From Octopus sinensis (lineage: Eukaryota), in the NCBI RefSeq assembly GCF_006345805.1, contig NC_043007.1, positions 35,588,001 to 35,652,000 on the forward strand: a DNA stretch of 64,000 nt. Reading direction: 5' to 3'. Made by a program: the position numbers and the translations under genes. Positions 24,278-36,904 of the stretch are shown in pieces. Position 1 is the stretch's first letter. Each line of letters opens with the position of its first letter. The notes beneath the pieces were generated by a model. The model did not search any database, had not been told where the DNA came from, and was given only the letters and a program-made list of their open reading frames with translations.

Positions 24278-25109
24278 GGACTGTTGCCATAGTAATGAAG
24301 CTAAAACACACAGAGTAAAGCCACTTGGCAGAGATTGACCGTGGACTCTGCTGTGCATGTGCACTAAGTTTTAACGTCCTAGCTCACTTCTGCTGTTTAC
24401 AGCAGTGTTTGGAAGGAACGTGTGTAGTGTGTGATCGTTGCTTTGAACATGACAGAGAAAGTCGTCATGATGATACCTGCTCAGAGTCCTGTGCAAAGTT
24501 GCAGAAAGTGTATGGAGGGGGGGGGGTGAACTGCACACAAGTGAACGAGTGGTTCAGACGTTTCTAAGATGGCCGAAAAAATGTCAATATTGGCGAACGT
24601 TTTGGGAGACCCATAACCAGCAGAACTGAGAAAAACATTGCAGATGTCATGCAGCTTTGAGGAGAAATCATCGAATCACCATCTGTGTGTTATCAGAGGA
24701 TGTGCAGATTAGTTTCGGTTCAGTTCAGTCCATTATCACTAATGATTTGGGTATGAGAAGCGTGTCTGCCAAGTTTGTACCAAAGCTGTTTTTAGCTGAC
24801 CAAAAAGACACTCGGGTTTCAGTTGCACAAGATCTCCTTGATTGTGTCAAGAAAAAACTTTACATAGGCCTCTGAGAAGGCATCACCAAGCTTTAGGCAA
24901 AATTTGATGCAGATTCTCAGCTCAACTTTCTCTATCATGGTCAATGCGATGATCACATGCTACACACCTTCCTTCCAAGCACTGTTGTAAACTTCAGAAG
25001 CAAGCCAGAATGTTAAAACTTAATGTACATGCACGGCAGAGTTCAAGGTCAACCTGTGCTAAGCAAATTCACTGTGCGTACTTTAGCTTCATTACTATGG
25101 CAACAGTCC
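24278..25109 (+). mobile_element. Internally deleted mariner element
   Basis: 28-bp inverted repeat ggactgttgccatagtaatgaagctaaa (24278-24305 / 25082-25109). Translation LQKVYG...WFRRF...GRP...RRNHRITI...DLGMRSVSAKFVPKL matches the mariner HTH and WVP-like linker; the catalytic domain is missing. Confidence 0.85.
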
Positions 25110-25478
25110 GGTTATGTGGCCATGCTGGAGCACCGACTTTAGTTGAGCAAATCGACCCCAGGACTTATTCTTTGTAAGCCTAGGACTTATTCTATTGATC
25201 ACTTTTGCTGAACTGCTAAGTTACGGGGACGATTTTGGGGCAGGGTGTAAACAAACACAGACACACGAACATACACAGGCACACGCACACACACGCACGC
25301 ACACACACAGACACACACACACACATATATATATATGACGGGCTTCTTTCAGTTTCCGCCTACCAAATACACTCACAAGGCTTTGGTCGGCCCGAGGCTA
25401 TAGTAGAAGACTCTTGCCCAAGGTGTCATGCAGTGGGACTGAACCCAGAATCATGTGGTTCATAAGCAGGCTACTTAC

Positions 25479-25485
<7 letters not shown>
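25110..25485 (-). mobile_element. SINE family A
   Basis: Reverse complement of the consensus. Confidence 0.85.
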
Positions 25486-25533
<48 letters not shown>

Positions 25534-25769
25534 TAGGGTGTTGCACTCATGGTTGTAAGATTGTGGTTTCAGTTCCTGGACTGGGCAATGCATTGTGTTC
25601 ATGTGCAAGACATTTCATTTTACATTGCAGCAGTCCACTTAACCAGCAAAAATGAGTAATCCCATCCAGAGTGAGAGTATATATATCACAGAATCCAGAC
25701 AACTGACCTTATGTGACTATGGTTCTGGAAGGATCTTTGATGCTTTAATATAGATATATATATCTATAA

Positions 25770-26480
25770 GCACAGGTGTAGCTGTGTGGTAAGAAGCTTG
25801 CTTCCGAACCACATGGTTCTGGGTTCAGTCCCACTGCATTGCACCTTGGGCAGGTGTCTTCCACTATAGCCTCAGGCCGACCAAAACTTAGTGAGTGGAT
25901 TTGGTAGATGGAAACTGAAAGAAGCCCATCATATATATATTAAAATTAAAATGAGGGTGAAAAATTGGATATTAATTTGATAACATCAATTTTAACACCA
26001 GTGGTCTAGCATATAAAAAAACTGAGGTTCAGTAAATAATATTACATACATATAAGAGGGAATTTTACCACTATGTGGAAACCTTTATGCTAGAAGAAGA
26101 TCCGCTATGGTCTTAACCACTAAGAATTGTTCAAAGAACATTTCTGCTGTTTGCTAAATTTTTAGAGAACAATTCTTAGTGGTTAAGACCATAGCGGATC
26201 TTCCTCTAGCATAAGGGTTTCCACATAGTGGTAAAATTCCCTCTTATATGTATGTAAAACTATATATATATGTATATGTCTATGTTTCTGCGTTTGTCAC
26301 CCACCATCACTTGACAACTGATGTTGGTGTGTTTATAACTCCGTCACTTAGCGGTTCGGCAAAAGATGCCAATAGAATAAGTACTAGGTTTACAAAGAAT
26401 AAGTCCTGGGTTCAATTTATTTGACCAAAAGGCGGTGCTCCAGCATGGCCGCAGTCAATTGGCTGCAACAAATAAAAGAA
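25770..26480 (+). mobile_element. SINE family A interrupted within its (TA)n tract by a fold-back element
   Basis: The head at 25770-25940 and the body at 26270-26480 are separated by 25941-26257. Confidence 0.8.
25941..26257. repeat. Fold-back element, 91-bp arms (26042-26132 / 26167-26257); same family as 9316
   Basis: Arms are reverse complements with 2 mismatches; the 5' part is homologous to 9316-9530. Confidence 0.9.
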
Positions 26481-27301
26481 TAAAAGATTGCATGTGTATG
26501 TGTGCATTTGTGTTTGTGCCCAATACCACTTGACAGCCAGTGTTAGTTTGTTTATGTCCTCGTAACATAGTGGCTCGACATTTGAGACTGAGAGAATGGG
26601 TAGTAAGCTTAACAAAGAGTTGATGCATTTGGCTAAAACCCTTCAAGGTGATGCCCAAGTATGGCTGCAATCCAATGACTGCAACCAGTAAAAGATACAA
26701 GATGAAAGATAAAGGAAAGGCTGATGAGAGTATGGGCAGATAAAAGAGGAACAGCAACAACAACAGCTACAACAACAACATGGACAGCAACGATATCAAC
26801 AACAGCAATCAACAACAATAAACACAGAAGTAAATAAAAGAAACGAAATATCATCCTAAGTTTTGAATATTTCCAGTTCTGGGAATGAGATCAGAAAATA
26901 CTGCCTGAAACTCGTTAAAGTTAATAATTACAGCCTAATTATTTGCAATAGGGGGTAATTATATGAATCTTTTTTTTCTTTTTGTTTTGTGTCAACAGGT
27001 CATCGACTATGTGTAATTATTAAAACTATTTTGGTTACATTTTGACATCAGGAAAATTACACATTTAACAGTAGACATGTTCTTTCGTAGAAGAGAGTGC
27101 GATAGCTTTCCTATCTCGGTAAAAGAGGAAAATTATCAATATTGCTTAAATAAGGTGTGTGTATGTATGTATGTATGTATGTATGTATGTATGTATGTAT
27201 GTATAAACACACACACACACGCACATATATACATAACTACATATGTGTATGAGTGCATATACATATATCATTAACATCATTGTTATATGTATATATGTGT
27301 G

Positions 27302-27343
<42 letters not shown>

Positions 27344-27419
27344 CTCAAAGGTATTCACATGCTGGCCACTTGATAAGTTAGATATTTAAATAACGATCTT
27401 ATCCATATTTATATGAATT

Positions 27420-27429
<10 letters not shown>

Positions 27430-27456
<27 letters not shown>

Positions 27457-28650
27457 CAAAATGGGACAAGAACACAACACATCCGGACAACTAGGTGATA
27501 CGAAAAGGGACAACAAAATATCCAGATAGATGATACAAGAAAACAAGGACAGGTCATTTGAAGATTTCTATCCTCAGTCAAGAACCAGATCATCCTAGCA
27601 ATAGGTTCAAATTAGTATATGTTTTGAATAGGATTTGATTGGTAGAGGATAGTCACATGACTGGTTTTAGAAATTTTTGTAGGTTCCCTGCTACGTCCGT
27701 GTGTTAGTTTCAAGGGATAATGTTTGGTGTTATAAGTTAAGGCTGATGCAGTTGACTAAACAATTCCAAACAATCAATGCTCTGAATGTTTTCTGTCAAG
27801 TATTTATAGAGAATAAACACATGATTAAATTTATAACTTTTTATACATTTCCTACTATATCTGTGTGTGTTAGTGTTATATAACAGTATATAAGCACCTA
27901 AAAAGAAGGCCGACACGGTTGAGTGAACATATTTAGTTAAAACCAAAGCACTCCAAATTGAATCTGCCTGGTGAGAGAGTGAACTGGAGTCATTTGTATG
28001 TTGTCCAAAGGCTACAATTTAGGTTGTTAGCTATGTAGCTTCCTCATGATAAGTGGCAGAATGAATTTTGTGTGTGAATAGTTATTTGTATATGTACTCT
28101 GTTATAGTTTTGTACTTTTGTATGAACGTATTTTCTTTGTTTATCTGTGCTTCATCTGTGGTATTCGCTGAACATAGGTAGAGTAGGAACACCTGAAATT
28201 TAGGAGACTTATTTTTTGCACATATGTCTATGTGACAACTCAGTGGAATCTGTCTAGTACTGGGGTCTTGTATTTGTTGTCGGTGAATGGTCAGTCTATT
28301 TCTTAGATTAAGCTTTGTCTGACCTATGTAATCTTCATTACATCCTTGACATTTGATAGCATATATTAAATTCCTTGAAGAAAATGTAAAGTGATTTTTT
28401 AATGCTAAAAGTTAATCCTGATTTGAATTTGTATGCTGTGTCTTCAGTAAGGTTGATGCAGGTCCTGCAATTGGGGCAGCTACATTTTTTGTCTATTGGT
28501 GTAGGAATTGTGGAAGGTAATTTAGCACTTGTAAGAAATTTTTTGCAGGACTTTTATTGTCTTTTACCTCTGATTATTTTGTGTATTTCGAATGCTTGTT
28601 TCATTCTTGGGTCTTGTTTTAATTGCGGTATGTTCTGGTGGATAATATTG
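27430..28650 (-). mobile_element. Penelope-like element 3' portion: Cys-rich GIY-YIG endonuclease (Neptune-like) plus 3' region
   Basis: Minus-strand translation KKCSCPNCRTC...(frameshift)...HFTFSSRNLIYAIKCQGCNEDYIGQTKLNLRNRLTIHRQQI...KENTFIQKY. NLIY at 28361-28372, YIGQT at 28316-28330. Confidence 0.85.
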
Positions 28651-28654
28651 TAAA

Positions 28655-28945
28655 CTTCTGTGTTTCTTGCTTTCCATGCTGACATGGTTTGGATGGTTTG
28701 ACAGGAGCTGGCTAGGCAGAAGATTGCACCAGACTTCTGTGTCTGTTTTAACATGGTTTTTACGGCTGGATGCCCTTCCTAATACCAACTACCTTACAGA
28801 GTGGACTGAGTGCTTTTTATGTGGCACCAGCACAAGTGAAGTCAATTTTGGTATGGTTTTTTACAGTTTGATACCTTTCCAAATACCAACCAATTTCCAG
28901 TGTGGACTGTTGACTGGATGCTTTCTACATGGTACCAGCATTGGT
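28655..28945 (-). mobile_element. SINE family D, degenerate
   Basis: cttgctttccatgctgacatgg...ggctggatgcccttcctaatacc. Confidence 0.7.
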
Positions 28946-29086
28946 AGGGTTACATATGTATATATATATATATATGTGTGTGTATATATATAAATTTATA
29001 TAAATAAAGATAAGATTGTTATTTAGATATTGAACTTATCAAGTGGCAAGCATGGGAATAAAAACCTTCAAAGGTAATAATTATTT

Positions 29087-29313
29087 TAAAATTATAATTT
29101 AGGGTATCTAAGAGATACCACCACGCTTGAAATAGCAGCCAAAATTTGACTCTAAAACCATATTAAAAGTTCATACAGCACCAGGAGAGAAGACAAAAAG
29201 ACAAAATAAACTAGCAAAAAAATTAATGGATTTTTAATGTGGTTTTAGAGTCAAATTTTGGCTGCTATTTCAAGTGTAGTGGTATCTCTTAGATACCCTA
29301 AATTATAATTTTA
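29087..29313. repeat. Fold-back element, 82-bp arms (29087-29168 / 29232-29313)
   Basis: 3 mismatches between arms; flanked by (TA)n; the upstream 29010-29075 is an inverted homologue of 27340-27400. Confidence 0.88.
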
Positions 29314-29600
29314 CATATATATATATATATATATATTCATATATATATAATAATAATATTAGGGAGTATAACTCCAAACTTACAGGGAAAAATTCAATTT
29401 AGTATTAAATCAAATTTCACAGTATAAATATATAAAATATAAATTAGAGATAAAACCACTATTATGCAACTCAAACATTGATAGACATAAACCAATACAT
29501 AAATAACAAATAATATATATTTTTATAAAACATATAACTAATAACTAGATCTCAAAACGTTTAAAAATGAATGATCAATATATAATATATTAATTAAAAA

Positions 29601-29700
29601 AACTACGTACGTTTCATGGCTACAATTAAATTCGAATTACAATTAAGTTTAAATTCAATTGAAATAAATTCGATTTAAAATTATAGTCAATCTTCAGGTT
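29601..29700 (-). ncRNA. Type-I hammerhead ribozyme motif with extended stem II
   Basis: Minus strand: aac-CTGAAGA-t-TGACTATAATT...AATTGTAGCCA-t-GAA-ACG-TA-CGT-A|gtt. Core intact, GUA cleavage triplet, 3-bp stem I; lies in an AT-rich element (~29350-29860) next to (TA)n. Confidence 0.6.
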
Positions 29701-30159
29701 AATGATAATAGTTAAATAAATAAGCAAATAGAGTAAAACAATATTTATTTAAGATAAATAAAATAATAATTTTTCTTATAGAAAAAACCCCATTAACTAA
29801 ATTAGAAACTTAAAACATTAGGATTATTTCCTACAACACATTTATTAGGTTAAATATTTAATTTTTAAGGTAAAAAAATAGATAGAAATATGTAGAAATA
29901 TGTATTTATCTTTGAAGATATAATTTGGCTTTAAAAAAAACAATAAACTATCAAATATCTTTAATTCAGTTTGTGCATGTGGACATATGCATATTTTATT
30001 GAAAATGTTTATTGTAACAGTAAAGTTATTCTCAATCAAGGAAAAATATGTTGAGTACAACACATTGAATTTAGAACTGGGGAAAATTGCTTCATAGTCA
30101 TCTCATATAAATATTGATTTCAAAGACAGGCATAAGTCCTCAAATTTAGGGGCAGGATA

Positions 30160-30360
30160 TTGTCAAATACATCAAAATATATCGACCCTAGTACTGGACG
30201 TGTGTTTTATCTTGTTGACTCTGAAAGAATAAAATGAAAAGTTGACTCCAGCAGGATTTTGTCAAATACATCAAAATATATCGACCCTAGTACTGGACGT
30301 GTGTTTTATCTTATTGACCCTGAAAGAATAAAATGAAAAGTTGGCTCCAGCAGCATTTGA
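30160..30360. repeat. Tandem duplication of a ~100-bp unit (SINE B-like fragment)
   Basis: ttgtcaaatacatcaaaatatatcgaccctagtactggacgtgtg...ctccagcag occurs twice head to tail. Confidence 0.85.
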
Positions 30361-30855
30361 ACTCTGAAAGTAAAAAGCTGTAACTTAACAACACCAGGCA
30401 TTTTGCCTGATACTCCAAAGATTCTACCAATTAACGTTCCTTGGATAAGCAATATTAAACGATGATTCACACTTAGTGCAATTAATGGGTAAAATTAATC
30501 ATGTAACCCAGTAGCAAAACTAATTAGTACTTAAAATATTTATTTATTTAGGCAAGCTTTAGTTTCAGAGTGAAGCGTAAGAAAATACAAATCCTTAAGT
30601 TAATGTTAACATAATTAAAGCAGTGAGTATTAGAAACCTAATCAGAAAATAAATTATCAGATGATGAAAAGGGGGAAAAAACCAACAACGTTAATTTAAT
30701 GACTAATATTATTTTAATCAATTCAGCAATCATGGTAGGTAATTCCAGATACGTTTCAGTATTAATAGATCTCCTCAGTAAATCATAGATTTCCTAGAAT
30801 TTGCTGAAGTAATAGTGAGAGATACATTAATTTGTTGTTATTGCTGCTGCTGCTG

Positions 30856-30887
<32 letters not shown>

Positions 30888-31104
30888 GGTGGTGGTGGTA
30901 GGTGAGTCCTTAACTCCTGATGGAGTCATAACAGCAACAGCATCATATATAATATGACTCGGGCATTTTAAAAGCTGTCCTTAGATTTAGATTTTGGCAA
31001 TGTGCAGACACTGGAGAGGGTTTGAAATTTCTTGCCAATTTCTGCCAGAAAATAAGTATGTGAGAGAACTGAAAAAAATATTTAAAAAAAAATATTAATA
31101 ATAA

Positions 31105-31644
31105 TAAATGCCCTGATGCGGTACCAGGCAGTGGCTCTCATGGCTTCTGATCTTAAATGATTGGAAGTGTTATCATGTACATTGTTTTGTCTTGGTATAA
31201 AAGATGAGCTACAGCAAATATTCTGCTCAATACCACAGATTTGCTTGACAGTTGTTTGACCTTAACCAGTTGAGCATGTCCCTTAGTGACTGATGATATG
31301 TGCATCTCTGATCACAAGCAGAAGTAGTGGGGGTGGGGGAGCATCATAGCCATGTGTTGAAAGGGATTCTTTGGGGTTTGAATAATTCACCTCTGGAAAC
31401 ATGGGTGTTTCGTTCAACATCCTTAAACAAACCTTATTCAGGGACCTTTTGAGCAGGATGGGTTACTCGACCAGAAGAAAATTCTAACTGCAAGGTCATA
31501 TGCTGTTAATCTTGATATGAGATCACCATGTCGCGCATATATGGTTGTGATGCATGTGCCTGGTGTACCCTTATCAGACGGGTAGTCATATGATGGGTAT
31601 ACTGGGTATGCTGCTCTCTCACTCAATAATAATGATGATGATGG

Positions 31645-31689
<45 letters not shown>

Positions 31690-31750
31690 GGAGGAGGAGG
31701 AGGAGGAGAAGAAGAAGAAGAGAAGAAGAAGAAGAAGAAGAAGAAGAAGA
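31105..31750 (+). mobile_element. Unclassified retroposon-like repeat ending in a (GAT)n/(GAG)n/(GAA)n tail
   Basis: Non-coding, moderately GC-rich block with a simple-repeat tail; family not recognised. Confidence 0.35.
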
Positions 31751-32098
31751 TATAGAGGAAAGAAGACTCAGCACCAGTACTAGACTGTTATTTTGGTTAT
31801 TGACTTCATAAGAAAGAAAGGTAAAGTTGGACTTTAATGGGATTTGAACTCATAGTGCAAAAAACTGACACAAATAGCACAAAGCATTCTATCAAGCTGC
31901 AGGGATTTTAGGAAGATTTTGCTACAATTTCTATCAGATTGAGTGAATCCATAGAGGCTCCTTTATCGGTTCTAGATTGTGTGTGTTTTATGGAGGTGAG
32001 AGCTAGTAGTGCAAATATAACTTAAAAAGAGTGGGTGAGAGAATGAAATCTTGAAATTCATTTAAGAAATCGCAGATTTGAGATAAATTATTATTGTG

Positions 32099-32309
32099 CA
32101 GGGTGTCCATAAATTACCTTTACAATTTAAAAAATTCAGAACAGAATGAAAAATAAAGATAACTCAGCAGAATTTATTGGCAAACAAATAAAGTTTTACT
32201 AGAAACAACAAAACATTTCTACATGGGCTGCACTGGCTGCATGCAATACATCCAGACAATATAATACAATAAATTATAGACGCTGTAAAGATAATTTATG
32301 GACAGACTG
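32099..32309. mobile_element. Tc1/mariner-type MITE (degenerate)
   Basis: CAGGGTGTCCATAAATTA ... TAATTTATGGACAGACTG inverted ends. Confidence 0.6.
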
Positions 32310-32699
32310 TGTCATCCAACCCGCATGAAATCACAGCTAAATTTCCATCAAACCACCTCTGCTAAATCATCATTTAAGCAAATGTTAAACATGGTATGGC
32401 ACCAAGTGTGATAAACTGATGGAAAATATGATATAAAAGTCATTGATTTAACACTTTCTTTTTCACACAGCATATGTATTTCTAATTAGACTTTTAATGG
32501 CCTTGACATTAAATGTATTAATACTAACCTAACTATTGTATTTTTTATGGATTGTAATTAATTTGGAGCAATTAATTAATTTCAGTGAACTATTTATATC
32601 TCTGCTTATAATAGTAATCAATTATGATTTCAGATGTTACTGTGATGTATATAAAGTCATATATGATATATATATATTTATATATATACATATATAGGC

Positions 32700-33045
32700 G
32701 CATGGAAGGCGCATGGCTCAGTGGTTAGAGCGTCGAGCTTACGATCGTGAGGTTGTGAGCTCGAATCCCGGACCGGGCTGCGTGTTGTGTTTGTGAGCAA
32801 GGCACTTTATTTTCACGTTGCTCCAGTTCACTCAGCTGTAGAAATGAGTTGCGACGTCACTGGTGCCAAGCTGTATTGACCTTTGTCTTTCCCTTGGATA
32901 ACACTGGTGGCGTGGAGAGGGGAGGCTGGTATGCATGGGCGACTGCTGGTCTTCCATAAAACAACCTTGCCCGGACTTGTGTCTAGGAGGGTAAATTTCT
33001 AGGTGCAATCCCATGGTCATTCATGACCGAAGGGGGTCTTTACCC
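32700..33045 (+). mobile_element. tRNA-derived SINE (family C-related)
   Basis: A-box TGGCTCAGTGG and B-box-like GCTCGAATCCC followed by a ~270-bp non-tRNA body. Confidence 0.75.
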
Positions 33046-33046
33046 C

Positions 33047-33128
<82 letters not shown>

Positions 33129-33285
33129 TCATCATCATCGTTTAACATCCGTTCTCCATGCTAGCATGGGTTGGACGGTTCGACTGGGGATCTGCGAAGC
33201 CAGAAGGCTGCACCAGGCTCCAGTCTTATCTGGCAATGTTTTTACAGCTGGATGCCATTCCCAACGCCAATATATATATATATAT

Positions 33286-33342
<57 letters not shown>

Positions 33343-33366
33343 TATATATACATACATACATATATG

Positions 33367-33670
33367 TGGAGGCGCAATGGCCCAGTGGTTCGGGCAGTGG
33401 ACTCGTGGTCGTAGGATCGCGGTTTTGATTCCCAGACTGGGCGTTGTGAGTGTTTATTGAGCGAAAACACCTAAAGCTCCACGAGGCTCCAGCAGGTGGT
33501 GGTGGCGATCCCTGCTGTACTCTTTCGCCGCAACTTTCTCTCACTCTTTCTTCTGTTGGCCTGCTCACTTAGCCAGTGGGGTGGCGTCATTTGAAGGCTA
33601 AAACAATGAGAAACGCATTGTGACCAGCGATGTGTAGCAACATCTGATAGCCTGGTCGGTCAAGTGATCA
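33367..33670 (+). mobile_element. SINE family C
   Basis: ggaggcgcaatggcccagtggttcgggcagtggactcg head. Confidence 0.8.
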
Positions 33671-34339
33671 CGTGATATACATATATAACCTCTCAATACT
33701 TGGCATATAGCCACCTCTCTCAAGACTACATCCCCACTTATCTGAGGGTCTTGCAAGTTATTTGGTGATCTCACCACTGCTAGTGCCACAAAACACAAAG
33801 CTCTCAATACACTCTGTGAAGGGGTTGGTGTTAAGAAGGGCAACCAGCCATAGAAACCTTGCCAAAGCAGACAGTAGAGCTTCATATAGTCCTTTAGTTT
33901 GTCAGATTTTGTCAAACCATCAAACACATGCTAGCATGGAAAATGGATGTTAAATGAACCATGTGATCTTCGATTCAGTCCCACTGTGTAATACTATAGG
34001 CAAGTATCTTCTATTATAGCCCCGGGTTGATTAAAGCCTTATGAGTGGACTTAGTAGACAGAAATAGAAAGAAGCTTTCTTTCAGGCGGTGAGCTGGCAG
34101 AAACGTTAGCACGCCGGGTGAAATGCTTAGCAGTATTTCGTCTGCTGTTATGTTCTGAGTTCAAATTCTGCCATGGTTGACTTTGCCTCTCATCCTTTCA
34201 AGGTCGATAAATTAAGTACATGTTATGCACTGGGGTTGATGCAATCGACTTAATCCCTTTGTCTGTCCTTGTTTGTCCCCTCTATGTTTAGCCCCTTGTG
34301 GGCAATAAACAAATAAGAAACTGAAAGAAGCTTATCATA

Positions 34340-35452
34340 TGAAGTGGTATCAAAAAGTTCCCGGACTAGTTTTGTAGAGTGCCAACAGATGGCAGCATAC
34401 CATTGTGTGCACAGTGAGAGCTAGCAGTGACCTTCATGAGACGATGTGCTAAGTGATATTGCTGTGTTTACTTTGTAAGCTCTGAGATTTATATTTTTGT
34501 GATCATGTATATGCTTTAGTCTGCAATTTTGTCATGGACAGGAACAAAGAGCCAACATGAAATTTTGCATTAAACTTGGGAAGTCTGATACAAAGACATT
34601 GAGCATGTTTTGGCAAGGTTATGGTGATGAGGCAATGGGTCATACACAATGTTTCAAGTGGCATAGGCACTTTAAGAGTAGAACATCCCTGGAAGATGAT
34701 GAGCAATCCGGAAAACCTGCCATGAGCATCACCCTTGAAAATGTAGTATTGTGCATTGTGAATTTGTCCCCCAGGGCCAGACCATTAAGAGATCTACTGA
34801 AATGCTTTGAAGCGTTTGAAGGAGGACATTCGATGAAAGAAGGCAGCGAGCTGGCAGAAATGTTAGCACGGCAGGCGAAATGCTTAGCTGTATTTCGTCT
34901 GCTGCTACGTTCTGAGTTCAAATTCCACCAAGGTCGACTTTGCCTTTCATCCTTTCGGGGTTGATTAATTATGTACCAGTTACACACTGGGGTCGATATA
35001 ATCGACTTAATCCCTTTGTCTGTCCTTGTTTGTCTCCTCTGTGTGTAGCCCCTTGTGGGCAGTAAAGAAATAGGAAATAAGAAAGCAACTGGATCAGTGG
35101 AGTGTGAAGAATTGTGTTCTTCACAATGACAATGCACTCTGTCACCAAGCTCTCCTCAGTCATGAGTTTCTCGCCATAGACAATATGGTAATACTTCTGC
35201 AGTCACTCTCTATGCCAGATTTAGCACCTGTGGACTTTCATTTCTTCCTCAAGATCCAGACTGAATTGCACAATGTCCTCAACTCACTTATGGAAAATGA
35301 CTTCCAGGTCAGATTCCAAAAATGGTAGAAACACTGGGACTGGTATATTGCTGCTCAAGGGGACTATTTTGAAGGAGATGGTGTTAAAACTTAGGTAAAT
35401 AAGTTAATTTTTTATTAAACATAACATCTGGGAACACCTTGATGCCATCTTG
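34340..35452 (+). mobile_element. Deleted mariner element with a nested SINE B (~34765-35080)
   Basis: Degenerate TIRs flanked by TA. MKFCIKLGKS...YGDEAM...FKWHRHFK...LEDDEQSGKP, then LHNDNA..H and PDLAPVDF (YSPDLAPxD-like) and YIAAQGDYFEGD. Confidence 0.88.
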
Positions 35453-35499
35453 TATGTATATGTAAGCATATAAATACATATATATATATATATATATAT

Positions 35500-36060
35500 C
35501 ATCATCATCATCATCATTATCATCATTGTTTAGCATCTGCTTTCCATGCTAGAATGGGTTGGACGATTTGACTGAGGATTGGTGAACCAAATGTCTGCAC
35601 CAGGCTCCAATCTGTTCTGGCAGAGTTTCTACAACTGGATGCCCTTCCTAACACCAACCACTCCGAGAGTGTAGTGGGTGCTTTTACATGCCACCGGTAT
35701 GAGGGCCAGTCACGCAGTACTGGCAAGGGCCATGCTCAAATGGTGTAGCGGCACTGGCAATGACCTCACCTGAATGTTTTTTTCACGTGCCTGTACCACC
35801 AGCACAAGTGCCAGTAAGGTGACGCTGGTAACGACCACGCTCAAATGGTGCTTTTTACGTGCCACCAGCACAGACGCCAGTTAGCCGCTCTGGCAACGAT
35901 CATGCTCGGATGGTGCTCTTAGCGCTCCACTAGCACAGATGCCAGTCATTGAATTTGATTTCAATTTCACTTGCCTCAACAGGTTTTTGCAAGCAGAGTT
36001 TAGTGTCCAATGAAAGAAAGGTACGCATAAGTGGGCTGGTTACACCCCTGGCATAGGCAC
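35500..36060 (-). mobile_element. SINE family D with an internal tandem sub-repeat array
   Basis: Repeated gtgccacc...ggcaacgaccacgctcaaatggtg units. Confidence 0.75.
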
Positions 36061-36091
36061 AAGGTTATATATATATATGGTATATATATAT

Positions 36092-36130
<39 letters not shown>

Positions 36131-36192
36131 CTTATATATATAATATATATATAATATATATATATATATATTATATATATATATATCATATA

Positions 36193-36235
<43 letters not shown>

Positions 36236-36260
36236 TATCATATCTATTATATATATATTG

Positions 36261-36389
36261 TGTTATATTTCGGAATGGTCATTTTGCCAGTTTAGCCAAT
36301 AAAAACACACGCACTATATATTTGGTGTTATTTTGCTTCAGTATTATTTATTGGCTAAACTGGCAAAATGACCATTCCGAAATATAACA
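36261..36389. repeat. Perfect 43-bp inverted repeat abutting (TA)n
   Basis: 36261-36303 is the reverse complement of 36347-36389. Confidence 0.92.
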
Positions 36390-36446
36390 ATATCTGTTTT
36401 AACACACGACTTCACATAAAAAATCTTGCACAACAAATATTTAAAC

Positions 36447-36489
<43 letters not shown>

Positions 36490-36904
36490 TCAAAATTAGA
36501 GAACAAAAATGGAATCTAAAGATGTTTACATTTCTGCTTCATTTTTCTGAATGAGATTTTTAATGGCATATACTTTAAAGTATGTTCATTACTTACAATA
36601 AATTTTGTATGAAGTGATTAATAACTAAATGATTTATAATAGAGAAAATTTTTATTTGCAAAAAATACAAGCAGGACAGAATTAGAGAATGTATGATGTA
36701 AAATTGAAAAAGTAAAATCTGGCAAAATTCCAACTAAGTTGACCTAACAGTGTGAAGATTCATATTGAACAGTAGTGAATTAATAACCATGGGAAACCAA
36801 CATAAAGCTGATGAATGCCTCAGGAAGTGAGTGGTCACATTGAAAAAAGAAGGATTGGCTATTGCTATTTCTGCTATTGCCAGAGACAGTAACAGATTTT
36901 ATGC

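Noticed and set aside
26999-27016. Strong acceptor followed by GTC ATC GAC TAT GTG TAA (possible terminal exon VIDYV*)
   Set aside because: Too short to support, with no recognised upstream exon or homology.
30400-30830. Cluster of TAAT/ATTA motifs suggesting a homeodomain enhancer
   Set aside because: Expected by chance in sequence this AT-rich; needs conservation data.
32700-32775. tRNA-like sequence
   Set aside because: It has A and B boxes, but the anticodon and acceptor stems do not pair properly and it continues into a repeat body. It is a SINE head, not a tRNA gene.
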